Source: Eledone cirrhosa (Eukaryota). Taken from it: 64,000 nt of DNA. The stretch spans positions 57,288,001-57,352,000 of the forward strand of contig OZ024748.1 of NCBI GenBank assembly GCA_964016885.1, read 5' to 3'. Below the pieces are notes generated by a model that did not search any database, was not told the DNA's origin, and saw only the letters and a program-made list of their open reading frames with translations. Numbering within the stretch: the stretch's first letter is position 1; each line of letters opens with the position of its first letter. A program made the translations under genes and the position numbers. Positions 25,688-47,110 of the stretch are shown here, in pieces.

Positions 25688-25906
25688 CAGGCGTGTCAAA
25701 CATGTGGCCCACGGGCCGCATATGGCCCTTTACAAGCACACCTGCGACCCGCAGAATGGTTTTTACAGCGCGAGCATGTTTTATGTTCATAATATAGAAT
25801 TTAAAAAAATAGTTGTAATGTGCGCAATTAGTTGTCGTGTGTGGCCCTCAGACAACACATATGTGGCCCATGTGGCCCTCGGGGTACCCTCACTTTGACA
25901 TGCCTA
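25688..25906. mobile_element. hAT (Charlie-like) MITE
   Basis: CAGGCGTGTCAAAC ... CTTTGACATGCCTA TIRs; near 8-bp target duplication gtgtagat/gggtagat. Confidence 0.75.
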
Positions 25907-25963
25907 GGGTAGATGGAGTTCGAGTAAATTGTGTACACACACACACACACATACCCCCCCCCC

Positions 25964-26001
<38 letters not shown>

Positions 26002-26423
26002 AAAAACAACAAATGGCTAAAATGTAAGCTAAAAAAGAAAGAAAAAAAAAAAGAAACCGATCGTTAAAGTGGACCAAGGAAATTATCACATTGGTTTTTC
26101 CATTGTTGATAGTATCTTTCAGTCCCTATTCCAGACGGAAGTGTCACAGCTACGAGTATTTCTGGTGACGAAAGACAGAATTTAAACTGAGAACGAACAG
26201 AGCGGTAAGAGAGAGATGTTAGCGATGGCGGTAGGAATTCTGCTCTTCCGTGTCAACACATTGCACCTGTCAACAGTGTGTTTTCATACTTGTGACGAAC
26301 ATTAGTTGTTGATTCTTAACTAATACTACTATTACTAATAAATAGCCGAAGGTGGAGTACTGATTGCAATGTGAGACACAAACACGCTATTGTGAGAGAT
26401 AGAGAGCACAAAACATCACTTAC

Positions 26424-26473
26424 GATAATTTAATGATTCCGGTTATTCACAGTCCCAGTTTGAGGTGTCTATC
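26424..26473 (-). other. Candidate 50-nt 5'UTR exon of the CARNS1-like gene
   Basis: atttcag| acceptor and perfect |gtaagt donor 50 nt apart, upstream of an ATG exon that itself has an acceptor. Confidence 0.4.
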
Positions 26474-26821
26474 CTGAAATTTTAGAAGGCATTGTTGATT
26501 TTGAGTAAGTTGGTCTCAGAAAGAAAGCAGCTGCAATAAATACCGAGGCCTTTATTTCAAAGCTTTTATTGCACTGATGACACGCCTTCAGCGTAAAACT
26601 TGATATTTTATCGTGGAACAGGAAATAAAATTGTGACATGCCAGTATTTTGTCGTTGTCATTGTAGGAAGATAAGTAACAACAATAAACAAAGAGGATAT
26701 AAAGGCGATTAATTCATTAACAAACATTAATGAATTATGCATTCAGACATAATTACGCTCCTTTTCACAGGAATACACACTTATATACTCATATGCTTAC
26801 AAACACTGCCACACATACATA

Positions 26822-31222
<4,401 letters not shown>

Positions 31223-31405
31223 GAACAAGTAAGACCCCGACGGCTGAGCTCAAGCCGTTTCGACGGCTAATTCAGAATTAGCCGTCGAAACGGCTTGAGT
31301 TCAGCCGTCGGGGTCTTACTGGTTCCTATTACCCACTCTACTACCCTAAGTATTGAGTACTTTGGTGCGTTATGGTCCACCTGGTTCCTTACCACATTTC
31401 CTTCG

Positions 31406-31445
<40 letters not shown>

Positions 31446-32284
31446 GGATCATTTGCAAGGGGTTCTGTTGATGGCATTGGCTGTGATATTTTTGGAAGCA
31501 AGGATCGCCCTTTCACACGGCCACTCCTCATGGGAATGGCGGATTTGTAAATTAGAGAACACTTAATTATCTTACAATATCTCCACAATAGTACAATCGA
31601 ACACGAAATGATAAAAAGGTAAAGTTCACAGCGGCGTGGTTTGAACTCAGAGCGTGGGAAGTTGGATTGAATACTGCAAGGTATTTTATCTGACGTCCTA
31701 ACGGTTCTGCCAAATCACCTATCATTAAAAATTCTGGGGAATATCCTATGAGATAGGATATCTCATAGGGGACCTGCTAAACCTGCATTGGTAAGGGTTT
31801 TAACATGATAGTACAGGGCACTCGCTATCATTAACAATCTTGGGAAATCTGATTTGTGAATTATTCTATGTACTATACATGCACCTTTGATGAGTTGTAG
31901 TGCGCCTGAGCACTGTACACAATTTTCCTTATTTCATTTCATATGTATGTGTGTGTGTGTGCGGGAAATATATAGATATACGCACACACAAACAATGACA
32001 CACTTACATATACGGATATATATGTATATAGAGGTGCGGGGGCCAATAGGGAGAAATTCATCCTTTTTGGTAAATTCCGGCTTTCATTCGTTACATATAT
32101 ATATATGAAACTAGTTGTTGAAACGGCAAGAGTTCAGCCGTCGGGGTCCCGACTCTTTGTATTATAACCATACTACTCTACTACTACTCCAAAAAGAAAA
32201 ACTGGTTTACATAATTGAATGAAAACGAAGTCGCAGGCTTTATATCAATGTGACCTTTATGAAGACTAGGAATCCCTCGCTACG

Positions 32285-32335
<51 letters not shown>

Positions 32336-32756
32336 GTCGGGGCGGAGCCGGACTTAAGACAGTATGGACAGTTTCTCCTTACTGGACATACTTCTCAATG
32401 TGGGTTCTCGCTTAAGTTTCAATCCACACCACCTATGTCTGAACTTGTGACACGTTATTGACAAGATGTATGCCGATAAAACACCAACAACTATTGTGGA
32501 ATATTCTTTTGTTGCACAAGACATTTATATAAATTGCTGCTTTACTTAATCCGGAAAACATAAGAATTAATGTGGTGCATACAAAGAAACGAAAAAGAAA
32601 AGTAACAAAAAATATGACAATTATATATTCCTCGTAGTCTGAAGGTCGCGATAATATTTATCAATCTCACATAGAAACCGAATTATATATCATTTTACTT
32701 TACGTCTGCTTTTCCCTGCTTGCAAATATATATATAATGTGTGTGAGCGTGTGTAA

Positions 32757-32789
<33 letters not shown>

Positions 32790-32900
32790 GTGTGTGTATA
32801 TATATATATACAAGTTCTCTATCAGTCCTCCACTATAGTTATCTACTAAGTGCTACTCTATCTTAGAGATTGACTCCATGTCTGTCTTTGTTTTCTCCAT

Positions 32901-32937
<37 letters not shown>

Positions 32938-32984
32938 GTTGATGCTGTAGTCATCAGTATCACCAATACAAACGCTACAACTAC

Positions 32985-33032
<48 letters not shown>

Positions 33033-33810
33033 ATATACTCTACTAATGTATTGAGTACCTTACTTACTGTGGTTAACCCCGATTGAACCTTGGACTCACA
33101 TATATATTATGTATATTTATGATGTATATGTATTATATCACATATTTTTTTATTTGTTTGACCCGAATTACTTGGTCGTTTCTATGGTTGTGCGGATGAC
33201 GGTTTAACCATCGTCTCAGTGTGTTTGGCCTTTAACGTATGTTGTAGCCCTGGTTCGTCAGAATTATTGAGCGCTTGCCACACATCTCGGAAGTTGTTTT
33301 TCGCTAATTCCAAAGCCGAAATACGATTCTCGCTAATTTATATTTTTATTAATCTACAGAGTCTAGCTATTGACCAGTTAATTTTCTTGATTTTTTTAGT
33401 TGATTCTATTGACTGATGAATAGCATTTGTTAACTTATAACCATTCTGTTGAGAGCTTAATTCGTTTTGTGATATTTTGCATTTTTGCAATAATATACAC
33501 ATACTGAATTTCATCCACCAAAAATAAGGGTTGCCTCCCTTATCGAGCCCCACGTGGGTATCGGTAACGGTCATTCCTTTGCCTGGCACTTGAACTAAAA
33601 CCTGTTGAGAAAGTGACTTACTTGTTCAATCATCTTACCAGAAGCCTAACATTATTTGTCTAAGCGGACAGTACTTGATTTTGGAGTCGCAGAAACCCAA
33701 ATGCTGGATTTTACCAACCATCCAAGGGTCAGGGTAAATTTTTCAATCACATATTTTTTTATTTGTTTGACCCGAATTACTTGGCCGCTCTATGGCTATA
33801 CACACATAAA

Positions 33811-33883
<73 letters not shown>

Positions 33884-34283
33884 GGTGGCTGCCAACTAGT
33901 TTTCGAGTACGGCCACTACTTTATATCCGTGTAGGAGAACCCTACCAATGCGGTGAACGAGTGTGACTTTTTAGTCCAGCCAGCGACTTGAAAACTCTGG
34001 TACAAACACTACACTTGTGACAATTATTGACACATAGTGCTGGGCCTAAGGTATCATGTGACGACAAGTGCAGAGAGATCTCCAGATATAAAGCAATGCC
34101 TGTGCCCTGAAGCTTTTATAGTGAGCAAAGGCACTGCACAAAGCCAGTCCCACTCTCTTGACCAAGATGATATTTACCAAAAAGAAGAACAAGTCAACAT
34201 CATTGTATACCATCAGGGTTGCAGGTGTTATATCAGAGTTTTCCTTCTCCTAGAATTCTGCCTTGACAAAGGCTAAGGGGTCA

Positions 34284-34350
<67 letters not shown>

Positions 34351-34359
34351 TATATACAA

Positions 34360-34484
<125 letters not shown>

Positions 34485-34681
34485 TATATATATATATATA
34501 CACACACACATATATATATATATATATACACACATATATATATATATATATATATACATGTAAGTATGCATGTATACGTACATACATATATGTATACAGA
34601 CGTACAGTAGCATGCACATATATATATATATATATACATATATACATACATATGCATACAGGTACACATACATATATACAT

Positions 34682-36722
<2,041 letters not shown>

Positions 36723-36895
36723 GCGGCGATGAATTAGTTTTGCGAGGTTTTTTATATGAAATCGTGTATTAGACACAGAATCGTGTATTAGACACAGAAC
36801 TCTGGATTAACACTATAGACGAGAGAGCCCAAATTCTCCACTCACACTATGCTAAACCCATAGCCTCCAAATACCTGATACTCAAAAACTCAGCA

Positions 36896-37771
36896 ATGTC
36901 CAGTAGTGCTAAGTTTAATATTCTGATCGCAGATTTGGTACGAGTGATGAAGAATGTGTCCAGCATGTGCGACCCAACAGAAATGGAAGGACACATCCAA
37001 CACTTCATCAACCGCATGCAGTTCTCTGGCTACAACCAAAGAGACAGAGTCAGAGTATACGAAGGAGCCATGGAAAAGTATAAGACCCTCATAGAACTGG
37101 ACATGAAAGGAATTTGCCCACTATACAGGAGCAAATCATGGAATAGCTTAGATAGGGCTAGACATAAGATAGGGAAGGCCACATCATGGTACGACAACCA
37201 GAGATATCAGAGTGTCATGTTTGTGGACGCCACCCCTGGAGGGAAATTAGCTAACCAGTGTAGAAAGGCCCTGAGAAAGACCCACTTAAAAATAAAGGTG
37301 GTAGAAAAGCCAGGAACCACCATAAAATCCCTGATCAGCAAAACCTACCCTTTTAAGAAAACCCACTGTACCAATAGGAAATGTATCATATGTAAGGTGA
37401 ACCCCCGGATAAACTGTAAAACTAGAAACGTAGTCTATAGCATAAGATGTACAGAGGGTACTTGCAGAAACACGACAACAACATACATAGGTGAGACAGC
37501 TCGTAGCATAGGTGAAAGGATAGACCAACACTGGGGGGAACTAAAAGGACGAAAAAACGGGTCAGTACTATACGAACATGCTAGACAACATCATGACGGT
37601 AACATAGACAACATAGAAATTAGAATAATATCTAAACATAGGAATGACCCAGCAGATAGGCAAATCAGAGAGGCCAGTGAAATAGAAATTAGAAGACCAA
37701 AGCTAAACAGAAAGAATGAGTGGAACAACAACAACACCCAAACAAACAACACTGACCTAAGAGAAGTATAA
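36896..37771 (+). CDS. Penelope ORF C-terminal part (thumb/linker + GIY-YIG endonuclease)
   Basis: Cys-rich linker CTNRKCIIC...NC, NVVYSIRC...YIGETARSIGERIDQH, ...REASEIEIRRPKLN. Confidence 0.88.
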   Translation: MSSSAKFNILIADLVRVMKNVSSMCDPTEMEGHIQHFINRMQFSGYNQRDRVRVYEGAMEKYKTLIELDMKGICPLYRSKSWNSLDRARHKIGKATSWYDNQRYQSVMFVDATPGGKLANQCRKALRKTHLKIKVVEKPGTTIKSLISKTYPFKKTHCTNRKCIICKVNPRINCKTRNVVYSIRCTEGTCRNTTTTYIGETARSIGERIDQHWGELKGRKNGSVLYEHARQHHDGNIDNIEIRIISKHRNDPADRQIREASEIEIRRPKLNRKNEWNNNNTQTNNTDLREV

Positions 37772-38024
37772 ATAAATAAGTAAATTAAATTAAATAAAAT
37801 AAGATAAATAAATACATACACAAGCACATAAACACACACTAGTCACCCAGCAGACACAACACTATACACACTAGTCACACATCACACACGCAAACGCATG
37901 CGCAAAGAAGACAAAATAAAATAAGATAAACAAACAAGCAAATAAATAAATAAATATATAGACGGACTGAACAAAAAAAAAAATGGCGTAGACATACAAC
38001 ACAACAGGAGGAACAATGAATATA

Positions 38025-38070
38025 ACACCACTGACGATGTTGCAGATGTGCAACGAAAGATTTATGTAAA
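38025..38070 (+). ncRNA. Degenerate hammerhead in the Penelope 3' pLTR (family H4; homolog at 46335-46388 -)
   Basis: CTGACGA-t-gttgca(gatg)tgcaac-GAAA; stems I and III are poorly paired. Confidence 0.5.
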
Positions 38071-38280
38071 CTATATATATATGTGTTTGTCTATATTGTA
38101 TCTGTATTATTTTATTTTTGACCGCCGGTCAGTCAATGGCAACATTGAGGACCGAGTAAGTTAGATCGCAGATATATATATATAAAAGACAGCGAGAAGC
38201 GAAAACCAACCAAACAGTGAGTGTGTTCTGTTATTAATTCTGGCAATATTACGCAAATATGACCCTCCCCAAATATAACA

Positions 38281-38398
<118 letters not shown>

Positions 38399-38413
38399 AT
38401 ATATATATATATA

Positions 38414-38444
<31 letters not shown>

Positions 38445-38469
38445 GTGTGTGTATATATATATATATATA

Positions 38470-38527
<58 letters not shown>

Positions 38528-38537
38528 TTTGTATATA

Positions 38538-38584
<47 letters not shown>

Positions 38585-38604
38585 TGACCCTTAGCCTTTA
38601 TATA

Positions 38605-38726
<122 letters not shown>

Positions 38727-38735
38727 CATATACAT

Positions 38736-39032
<297 letters not shown>

Positions 39033-39037
39033 CACAC

Positions 39038-39106
<69 letters not shown>

Positions 39107-39107
39107 C

Positions 39108-39204
<97 letters not shown>

Positions 39205-39289
39205 TATATATAGAATTAGCCGTCGAAACGGCTTGAGCTCAGCTGTCGGGGTCTTACTGGTTCCTATATATATATACATATATATATAT

Positions 39290-39340
<51 letters not shown>

Positions 39341-39345
39341 CACAC

Positions 39346-39428
<83 letters not shown>

Positions 39429-39468
39429 CACACATATATATATATACACACATATATATATATATATA

Positions 39469-39502
<34 letters not shown>

Positions 39503-40254
39503 TATAAATATATATTTCACAAGACAACAAGGATTTATTCGGGAAGCAGTTGTAGATTTAGTTATTCTGTAGTTATTCACACGTATGTATATGGACCAAG
39601 GGGGGAAGCGGAAGCGGATTGCACTAATTCTGAATGGACATCACTTAGATGGGATCTAGTAATTCATCGAAACGAAAGAGGATATCACAGATAAAGGCGG
39701 TAGTAGTTATTCCTGGTTATACATATTTCAATTACTTCCGTTATTAATCGACTCAAGTCACATCTGCTCACCTTGAAGCCTATGAGGCTGACCACACATT
39801 GGTGCGTGGCTGAGTGGTAAGAGAATTGGATTCGCAATAGTGATGTTGTGATTTCGATTCCCGGACCGGGTGATGCGTTATGTCCTTGAGCAAGACATTT
39901 TATTTCATGTTGCTCCTTTTACCTGGAGTTGCGACCGGTAGATAGTATTAGCAATTGGAAAGACCCATGGAAACATTGTTTCCTCGGTCCGATTTGACGA
40001 AAGCCGATCGACTGACGATACATTGGCAAATGTCCACATCCACCATGTTCATGTTATTTACTCTAAATTTCTACTGTTAGGGGTGAGAAAATATGTTAGT
40101 ATTTTAAACCTCAAAGGTGAGCTGAAAAGTAATGATAAAATATTTCATAACGAAACACTTTTTAACAATTAACTCCACAATACGTAAATTTAATTGCTTG
40201 CTTCAGTTCATAAAGGATATCGGTTTTGTCTTTAGTATAGAAAAACTACTTTTA

Positions 40255-40325
40255 TTGGGTTGTCAAATATGAAATTCGTAGAAGAAAAAATAAACTGTCT
40301 ACAAATTTCATACTTGACGACTCAA
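40255..40325. mobile_element. ~70-bp mariner-type MITE
   Basis: TA|TTGGGTTGTCAAATATGAAATTCGTAGA ... TCTACAAATTTCATACTTGACGACTCAA|TA. Confidence 0.7.
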
Positions 40326-42773
40326 TATATTATATCATCTTTCTGGCCCTTAGGCATCGTGATTCTACTAGATCTGTGATGCACACGGTGTTATTTAGTT
40401 ACTGAATGATGTAAGGATGTAGGGTTTTTTATTATTATTTTTTTTTTTTAGAGTTTAAATATTCATTTATTATGGCTAAATATACACTATTTATTATGAC
40501 TAAATAGTGTGTCTTGTTAGTTTGGTGTTTCACCAGCGGATTTGTAGGATCAACCGACCTTTAATTACATTACAACACTTAAATAATAAATAAGAAAAGT
40601 AAGGGTACATTGGAGAATGTTGTTAGCGGAAAAGACGAGGTAGTCACGGCTGGAATGTCGTCTCCGACGAAGAATGCTCCATTTGGTTCAATCATCGGGA
40701 CTACCTGTTCGTGAAATTAACATGTAAGTGGCTGAGCATTTCAAAAAAATCGTGCACCTGGTTCGGGAATCGAACTTACGACCTTACGAAACATGAGCTA
40801 GACACCCTAAGCCATGCATCTTCACGTATCATACACTCATATAGACATATGTTATCGTGTTAAGCACAAGGCTTTGCCTTGGATGGGTCGCTAGTCCCTC
40901 GAGGCCTGGTACTCATTAAATCCGCGCGCTTTCAAACACAAACAAGTGGAGCAGTTGTTTATATAAGAAAAAAAAAGACATTACGGATTAGTTGGATAGA
41001 TAAGTGGTAGAGGAAGTAATAATAACTAATTAAAATGACAAAGAGGTAATTATCAATTAAAGCATTTCCATTTTCATAGACATGTCTATCCCTTTTACTT
41101 AAAGCATCAACTGAAACAAGGTCAAGAGCGAAATAAAATATGATTGGTATACAAGTATCTTGACGTTGGAGTATGAGACTGGCTTTTTGCTAGACTGCGA
41201 AATATCAACTTTCCTCTTATACGGCATAAAGCCATTCTAACTAGCATCCCCAAAATAGCAGTCCGTCACTCATAATATTTCATAACTTATTTTATTCGCT
41301 ACATCAGTGGCGTAATAGGATATGGTTTTGCAGATAAATGAGAGCTGAATGCATTTTTAAATATCAGTTACAGCCACTTTGTGTGACTAAGATGCATAAA
41401 TATCACACCTCTATTTATTTTTTTTTAATGGCTTCGTCAAAGAAGGAGCGAACATACTCGTAACTTCTATGAATGTTAGGAGTGTGGAAGGGGAAGAATT
41501 TACCCCCAAAATATAACTCAACACAAGCTGTACACAATCGCCACTCAGTAAAGTAATATAGCACGTACTTATACATAATCAATACACAATATTAGGATTG
41601 TATTTTAGTTTAGATATAAGGGCAGTGATGAGGAATGTCGATTACATTGAGCCTAGTATATGACTGGTACTTCATTGAGTCCGGCAAGATTTGAACTCAA
41701 CATCTAAAATGCCGTAACTATATACCGCAAGGCATTTTGTCGGGTACCCTAACGGCTTTACCAATCCACAAGCCTTATACCAAATATTATAATTGTTCTA
41801 CTTTTGGCACAAGGCCATAAATAACCCAGTACATTACTGGTACTTTATTTTATCGACCCCATAATGATGAAAGGTAAAGTTAACCTCGACGGAATTTGAA
41901 CAATGTCAACAAATCAAATAATTCAGTTGTTATATCACAGTCTACATAAATTATAATCTATACAATTGCCACACTATACTTACAAAACCACAACACCAAT
42001 CGCATAACATTTAGCAAACAAGCACCTTCCAACAAGTAAGACAACCAACATACTACACCAGTCTATACAGTTAACCCTCCGTCACTATAACACCAACAAC
42101 CAATGACAAATGAGATTCTAAACACAAACCACACTTTGAAATAATACAAATCACATTGGGCATAATCTATATAATAAAGGAAACATGAACAGAGAGAGGG
42201 AGAGAGAGAGTTGCGTAAATCATATGTAGAAAAAGCATCAACCCCAATATTGAACTGGTATTTTATTTCTTGACCTCGAAAGATAAAGAAAAACGGAAAG
42301 AAAAAAGCGATATATATATATATATATATATAGTGAGTGAAAGTGTGAGGAAGAGGCCAGCCGAGAGAGGGTGATCAGCAGAGGGGGGGGGGGGGGGGGA
42401 TGAAAGCAAGAGGTACAAGGAGAGAGAAAGGGAGAGAGAAAGAGGATAGCAGTAAGGTGATAGAAAAAGACAAACCACACCGAGGGGAAAAATTATATAT
42501 GAATGAAAAAATGGCGTGCTACGTTGTTGCGAGTGTGATACATATGTATGAAAAATAGAGCGAGAAAAGGGACTGTCCATCATCAGTGATCTTCTGACTA
42601 TCATCGGTATTTCTTCGCATTAAAGACCAGATACCTCAAAATCAGTGAGAGCAATAATTAAAATAAGTTATTGGGACAGAGCGAATTGGCAGGAGAAAGA
42701 GTGACAGTAAACAAACAAAGTAGTAATGCAACGTAAATTCATATGTATCACACTCGCAACAACAAAGCACGCC

Positions 42774-42837
<64 letters not shown>

Positions 42838-42908
42838 CACACACACAAGTAAAAACACACAAACACAGATACACACACACATATATATATTCCAATATAT
42901 ATATATAT

Positions 42909-42948
<40 letters not shown>

Positions 42949-42979
42949 ATACACACATATATACAAATATATATATATA

Positions 42980-43635
42980 TGGTGGCTGCCAACTCGTTTT
43001 CGAGTACGGCCACTACTTTATATCCATGTAGGAGAACCCCTACCGATGGGCTGAACGAGTGTGACTTTTTAGTCCAGCCAGCGACTTCAAAGCTCTCTGG
43101 TACAAACACTACACCTGTGACAATTATTGACACATAGTGCTGGGCCCATGGTACCGTGTGATGACAAGTTCAGAGAGATCTCCAGATATAAAGCAATGCC
43201 TGTGCCGTGAAGCTTTTATAGTGAGCAAAAGCACTGCACAAAGTCAGTCCCACTCTCTTAACCAAGATGATATTTAACAAAAAGAAGAACAAGTCAACAT
43301 CATTTGATACCATCAGGGTTGCAGGTGTTATATCAGAGTTTTCCTTCTAGAATTCTGCCTTGACAAAGGCTAAGGGGTCATCTCTCCCGGTGATTTTGGA
43401 TGGCCATTGACTCTTAAGAGCTCCTTTGCCCTTTGACAGGTTTTGTTTTTAGTCCAGCAGGATGTCCAAAGTCACCCTCCTCACAAAGAAACCTTGGTGG
43501 GGTTGCCATTTTAGTCGCCAACGACCCGACCAGGAGACAGGTTGTACTGAGATACATGTTACCAGTAGCACCAACTGAGTTTCAGAAGATCCCGTTAAGG
43601 GTGAAAGCAGCGATTCTTTGCTTAAACTTTAATCT
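42980..43635 (-). mobile_element. (TA)n-associated repeat, probably an RTE 5' region (copies at 33883-34288 and related 59775-60165 +)
   Basis: 33883-34288 is near-identical to 42980-43385; the 59775-60165 segment is homologous in the opposite orientation. Confidence 0.55.
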
Positions 43636-43819
43636 GTTATTTTAATAAATATTTGCTCTACGGTTCTTATATATTTGATATATATTTATCCTTATCGAGC
43701 CCTCTTTGGATTTTAGTCTTCAAATTTATTATTATTACTATATATATATATACACACAAATACAAACTCGTATTGAGTATCTTACTTACTGTGGTTACCT
43801 CCGACTCAACCCGGAATAA

Positions 43820-43860
<41 letters not shown>

Positions 43861-43954
43861 CTACCTGGAGTTGCGACCGACAGATAATATTAGCAATTGG
43901 AAAGACCAACAGAAACATTGTTTCTTTGAAGAAAATCGATCGAAAAGGAATACG

Positions 43955-43990
<36 letters not shown>

Positions 43991-44501
43991 TAGAGAGGGG
44001 GGGGGGAGAGAGAGAGTGTGTGTGCGTGTGATATATTTATATTGTAGCCAGCATATGTAGACAATTATAATTGTTTCTACTTTTGGCACAATTATCGCAG
44101 TACATTACTGGTACTTTATTTTATCGACCCCGTAAGGATGAAAGGCAAAGTTAACCTCGGCGGAATTTGAACTCAGACTATAAAGGGCTGTAACTCTTTG
44201 CTGAAAAGCTTGGCGTCTGACCCTCTACCGATACTGCCAATCCACCGCCCATATGTAGACAATTATAATAGACACAAAACATATGTTAAAGCAAATAAAT
44301 TCCTAAATTCCTTTCTCGCCGAAGTTTATATTTTTTTTGTGCAACACTTGCTTATATATATATAGCTTATGGATTCGATAATTGTAATAAACATTTGAAA
44401 CCTAGTCCATAGTATTATTATCATATATATATATATATATATGATATTATCATATATATATATATGATATATATGATATATATGATATATATGATATATA
44501 T

Positions 44502-44540
<39 letters not shown>

Positions 44541-44628
44541 TATATATATATATCATATGATATATATATATATATGATATTATCATATATATGTATATAT
44601 ATGATAATATCATATGTATATATATATA

Positions 44629-44665
<37 letters not shown>

Positions 44666-45010
44666 AAATAAATATAATAAAGTAAAAAATAAAATGATAA
44701 TAAATATGAAGAGGATTATAATGGTTACTCACTGTGATTATTGCTGTGGTGTTTACTCTTTATATATATATATATATAAATATATATAGATATATATGTG
44801 TATATGTCGTTCTGTTGTATGTTGTTACGATCGTTAAAATCTGGTCAGTTATTATCAGTTGTTGTTCTATTGGAGGGCAGTCTTCTTGTATAAGGGAATC
44901 AGTTCAGAACAACTCGTTATTTAAAGCTACTTGTATTTATACTTTACTATTATTCAAGATTATTTATGCGTTTGTACTTTCGATTCACAGACATACATAT
45001 ATACACACAC

Positions 45011-45068
<58 letters not shown>

Positions 45069-45160
45069 GTGTGTGTACGTGATTATTTATATTAAATTTT
45101 GTAAAGAGATGATATCGTTTTAGTTGTTAAGTCTCTCACTTCTGATTGGACAAGTCTCAC

Positions 45161-45192
<32 letters not shown>

Positions 45193-45336
45193 TAGACAAA
45201 TGTCACTTTGCAATATCTACTTCATCGCCGTTATTAAATGATTGGACTATCGTTGTTTGTTAACGGATAACGGATTTAGGAAAATATACACAGAGAGACA
45301 CACATACAGACACACTTACAAACACAGTCAAACAGG

Positions 45337-45377
<41 letters not shown>

Positions 45378-45464
45378 GTAAAAGTTCTATTTAAATTGTT
45401 GGGATACAACAAGCAAATATTTTTATAACTGATATAAAGCACTCAACAAATTATTGGAGTAAAA

Positions 45465-45804
45465 ATACGATATATTAACAAATGGAAACTATATTTATAA
45501 AACCATATTTATTTCATTATACATATTTCAAGGACACCAAGTTAAATTATGGTGTGCTTTCATCAGATAAAATATAATATAGAGCAGTTTTATAAATATA
45601 TATTGACATACCCTTAAAGAATGCGATCATTTCTGTCGGAAGCTCCCGGATAGTTTAAGGGTATGTCAATATTTATTTATAAAACTGCTCTATATTATAT
45701 TTTATCTGATGAAAGCACACCATAATTTAACTTGGTGTCCTTGAAATATGTATAATGAAATAAATATGGTTTTATAAATATAGTTTCCATTTGTTAATAT
45801 ATCG

Positions 45805-45807
<3 letters not shown>
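45465..45807. repeat. Inverted repeat (~154-bp arms, 35-nt spacer) carrying a hammerhead on each strand
   Basis: Arms 45465-45618 and 45654-45807; HHR at 45699-45761 (+) and 45511-45573 (-). Confidence 0.9.
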
Positions 45808-45846
<39 letters not shown>

Positions 45847-46074
45847 AATAAAATAACTAGGACGATTCGTTACTCCTTCATTATGTTTATTGGCTGGTGA
45901 CAAGCGTTTCACCACTGATCAGCTCAAGGTTCGATCTGTATCGATCTGACGCGGCTCAAGGGGTCTGACGAGCCACGGATTACAGAGTCTAGCTCTACAT
46001 CTCGACACTGAAGTGAACCACAACGTCGAGTGCCCACCCGGGTGAACCTACAGTAACCCCAAGTTACACTTCCT

Positions 46075-46146
<72 letters not shown>

Positions 46147-46150
<4 letters not shown>

Positions 46151-47083
46151 ATACTTGGGGAGGGTCATATTGTTGTAATAATATTGCCAGAAGTAATAAC
46201 AGAACACACTCACTTTTTGGTTGGTTTTCACTTCTGTATCTTTTATATCAGTTAATTCATTCGGTCCTCAATGTTTACCATTGACTGACCAACGGTCAAA
46301 AATACAGATATAATATAGATATAAACACATATATATAGTCTAACAAAGTTCTTTCGTTGCACATCTGCAACATCATCAGTGGTACTATTATGTTCCTCCT
46401 GTTGTATTGTATATCTACGCCATCTTTATTTTATCTTTTTATTTTTTTATTTTTGTCTTCTCTGCGCATGCGTTTGCGTGTGTGTATAGTGTTTGGTGTG
46501 TGTTCGCGTTTGGGTGACTGTGCTTTGGTTATTGTATTCTATTTTAGTTTACTAGTGTGTGTTTATATGTGTTTGTTGTTATTGTGCTTGTGTATATATT
46601 TATTTATTTAATTATTTATATTTCTCTTAAGTCAGTATTGTTTGTTTGGGTGTTGTTATTCCATTCATTTTTTCTGTTTAGCTTTGGCCTTCTAAGCTCT
46701 ATTTTGCTTGTCTGTTTTGCCTATCTTCTGGGTCATTTCTATGTTTAGATATTATTTTAATTTCTATGTTGTCTATGTTACCGTCATGCTATTGTCTGAA
46801 CCGTTTTTTCGTCCTTTTAGTTCCCCCCAGTGTTGGTCTTTCCTTTCTCCTATGCTACGAGGTGCCTCGCCTATGTATGTTGTTGTCATGTTTCTGCAAG
46901 TACCCTCTGTACATCTTATGCTATAGACTACGTTTCTAGTTTTACAGTTTATCCGGGGGGTTAACTTTACATATAACACATTTCCTATTAGTACAGTGGA
47001 TTTTCTTAAAGAAACAACAATATGACCCTTCTCAAGTATAACAATATTTGTTTCCACACACAATTTCATATCAAAAACCTCGC
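46147..47083 (-). mobile_element. Truncated, frameshifted Penelope copy (same family as 36721-38282) with an inverted 3' tail at 47021-47083
   Basis: NCKTRNVVYSIRCTEGTCRN..TYIGE; the tail atgaccct..caagtataacaat occurs at both ends in opposite orientation. Confidence 0.88.
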
Positions 47084-47110
47084 TATATATATATATATAT
47101 ATATATATAT

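Noticed and set aside
26570-26605. CTGATGA hammerhead-like starts (also at 20834 and 60511)
   Set aside because: No correctly placed GAAA/NUH and no closing stem I
33135-33800. Possible degenerate RT fragment between ~50-bp direct repeats
   Set aside because: The direct repeats are real, but no convincing RT motif could be read
39800-39875. tRNA-like sequence
   Set aside because: Continues into a SINE body and has no proper cloverleaf; it is a SINE head
43500-43620. Possible HDV-like ribozyme in the putative RTE 5' region (ACC-loop-GGT, also ~59820)
   Set aside because: Could not find P1/P2 pairings by eye; needs a covariance-model search
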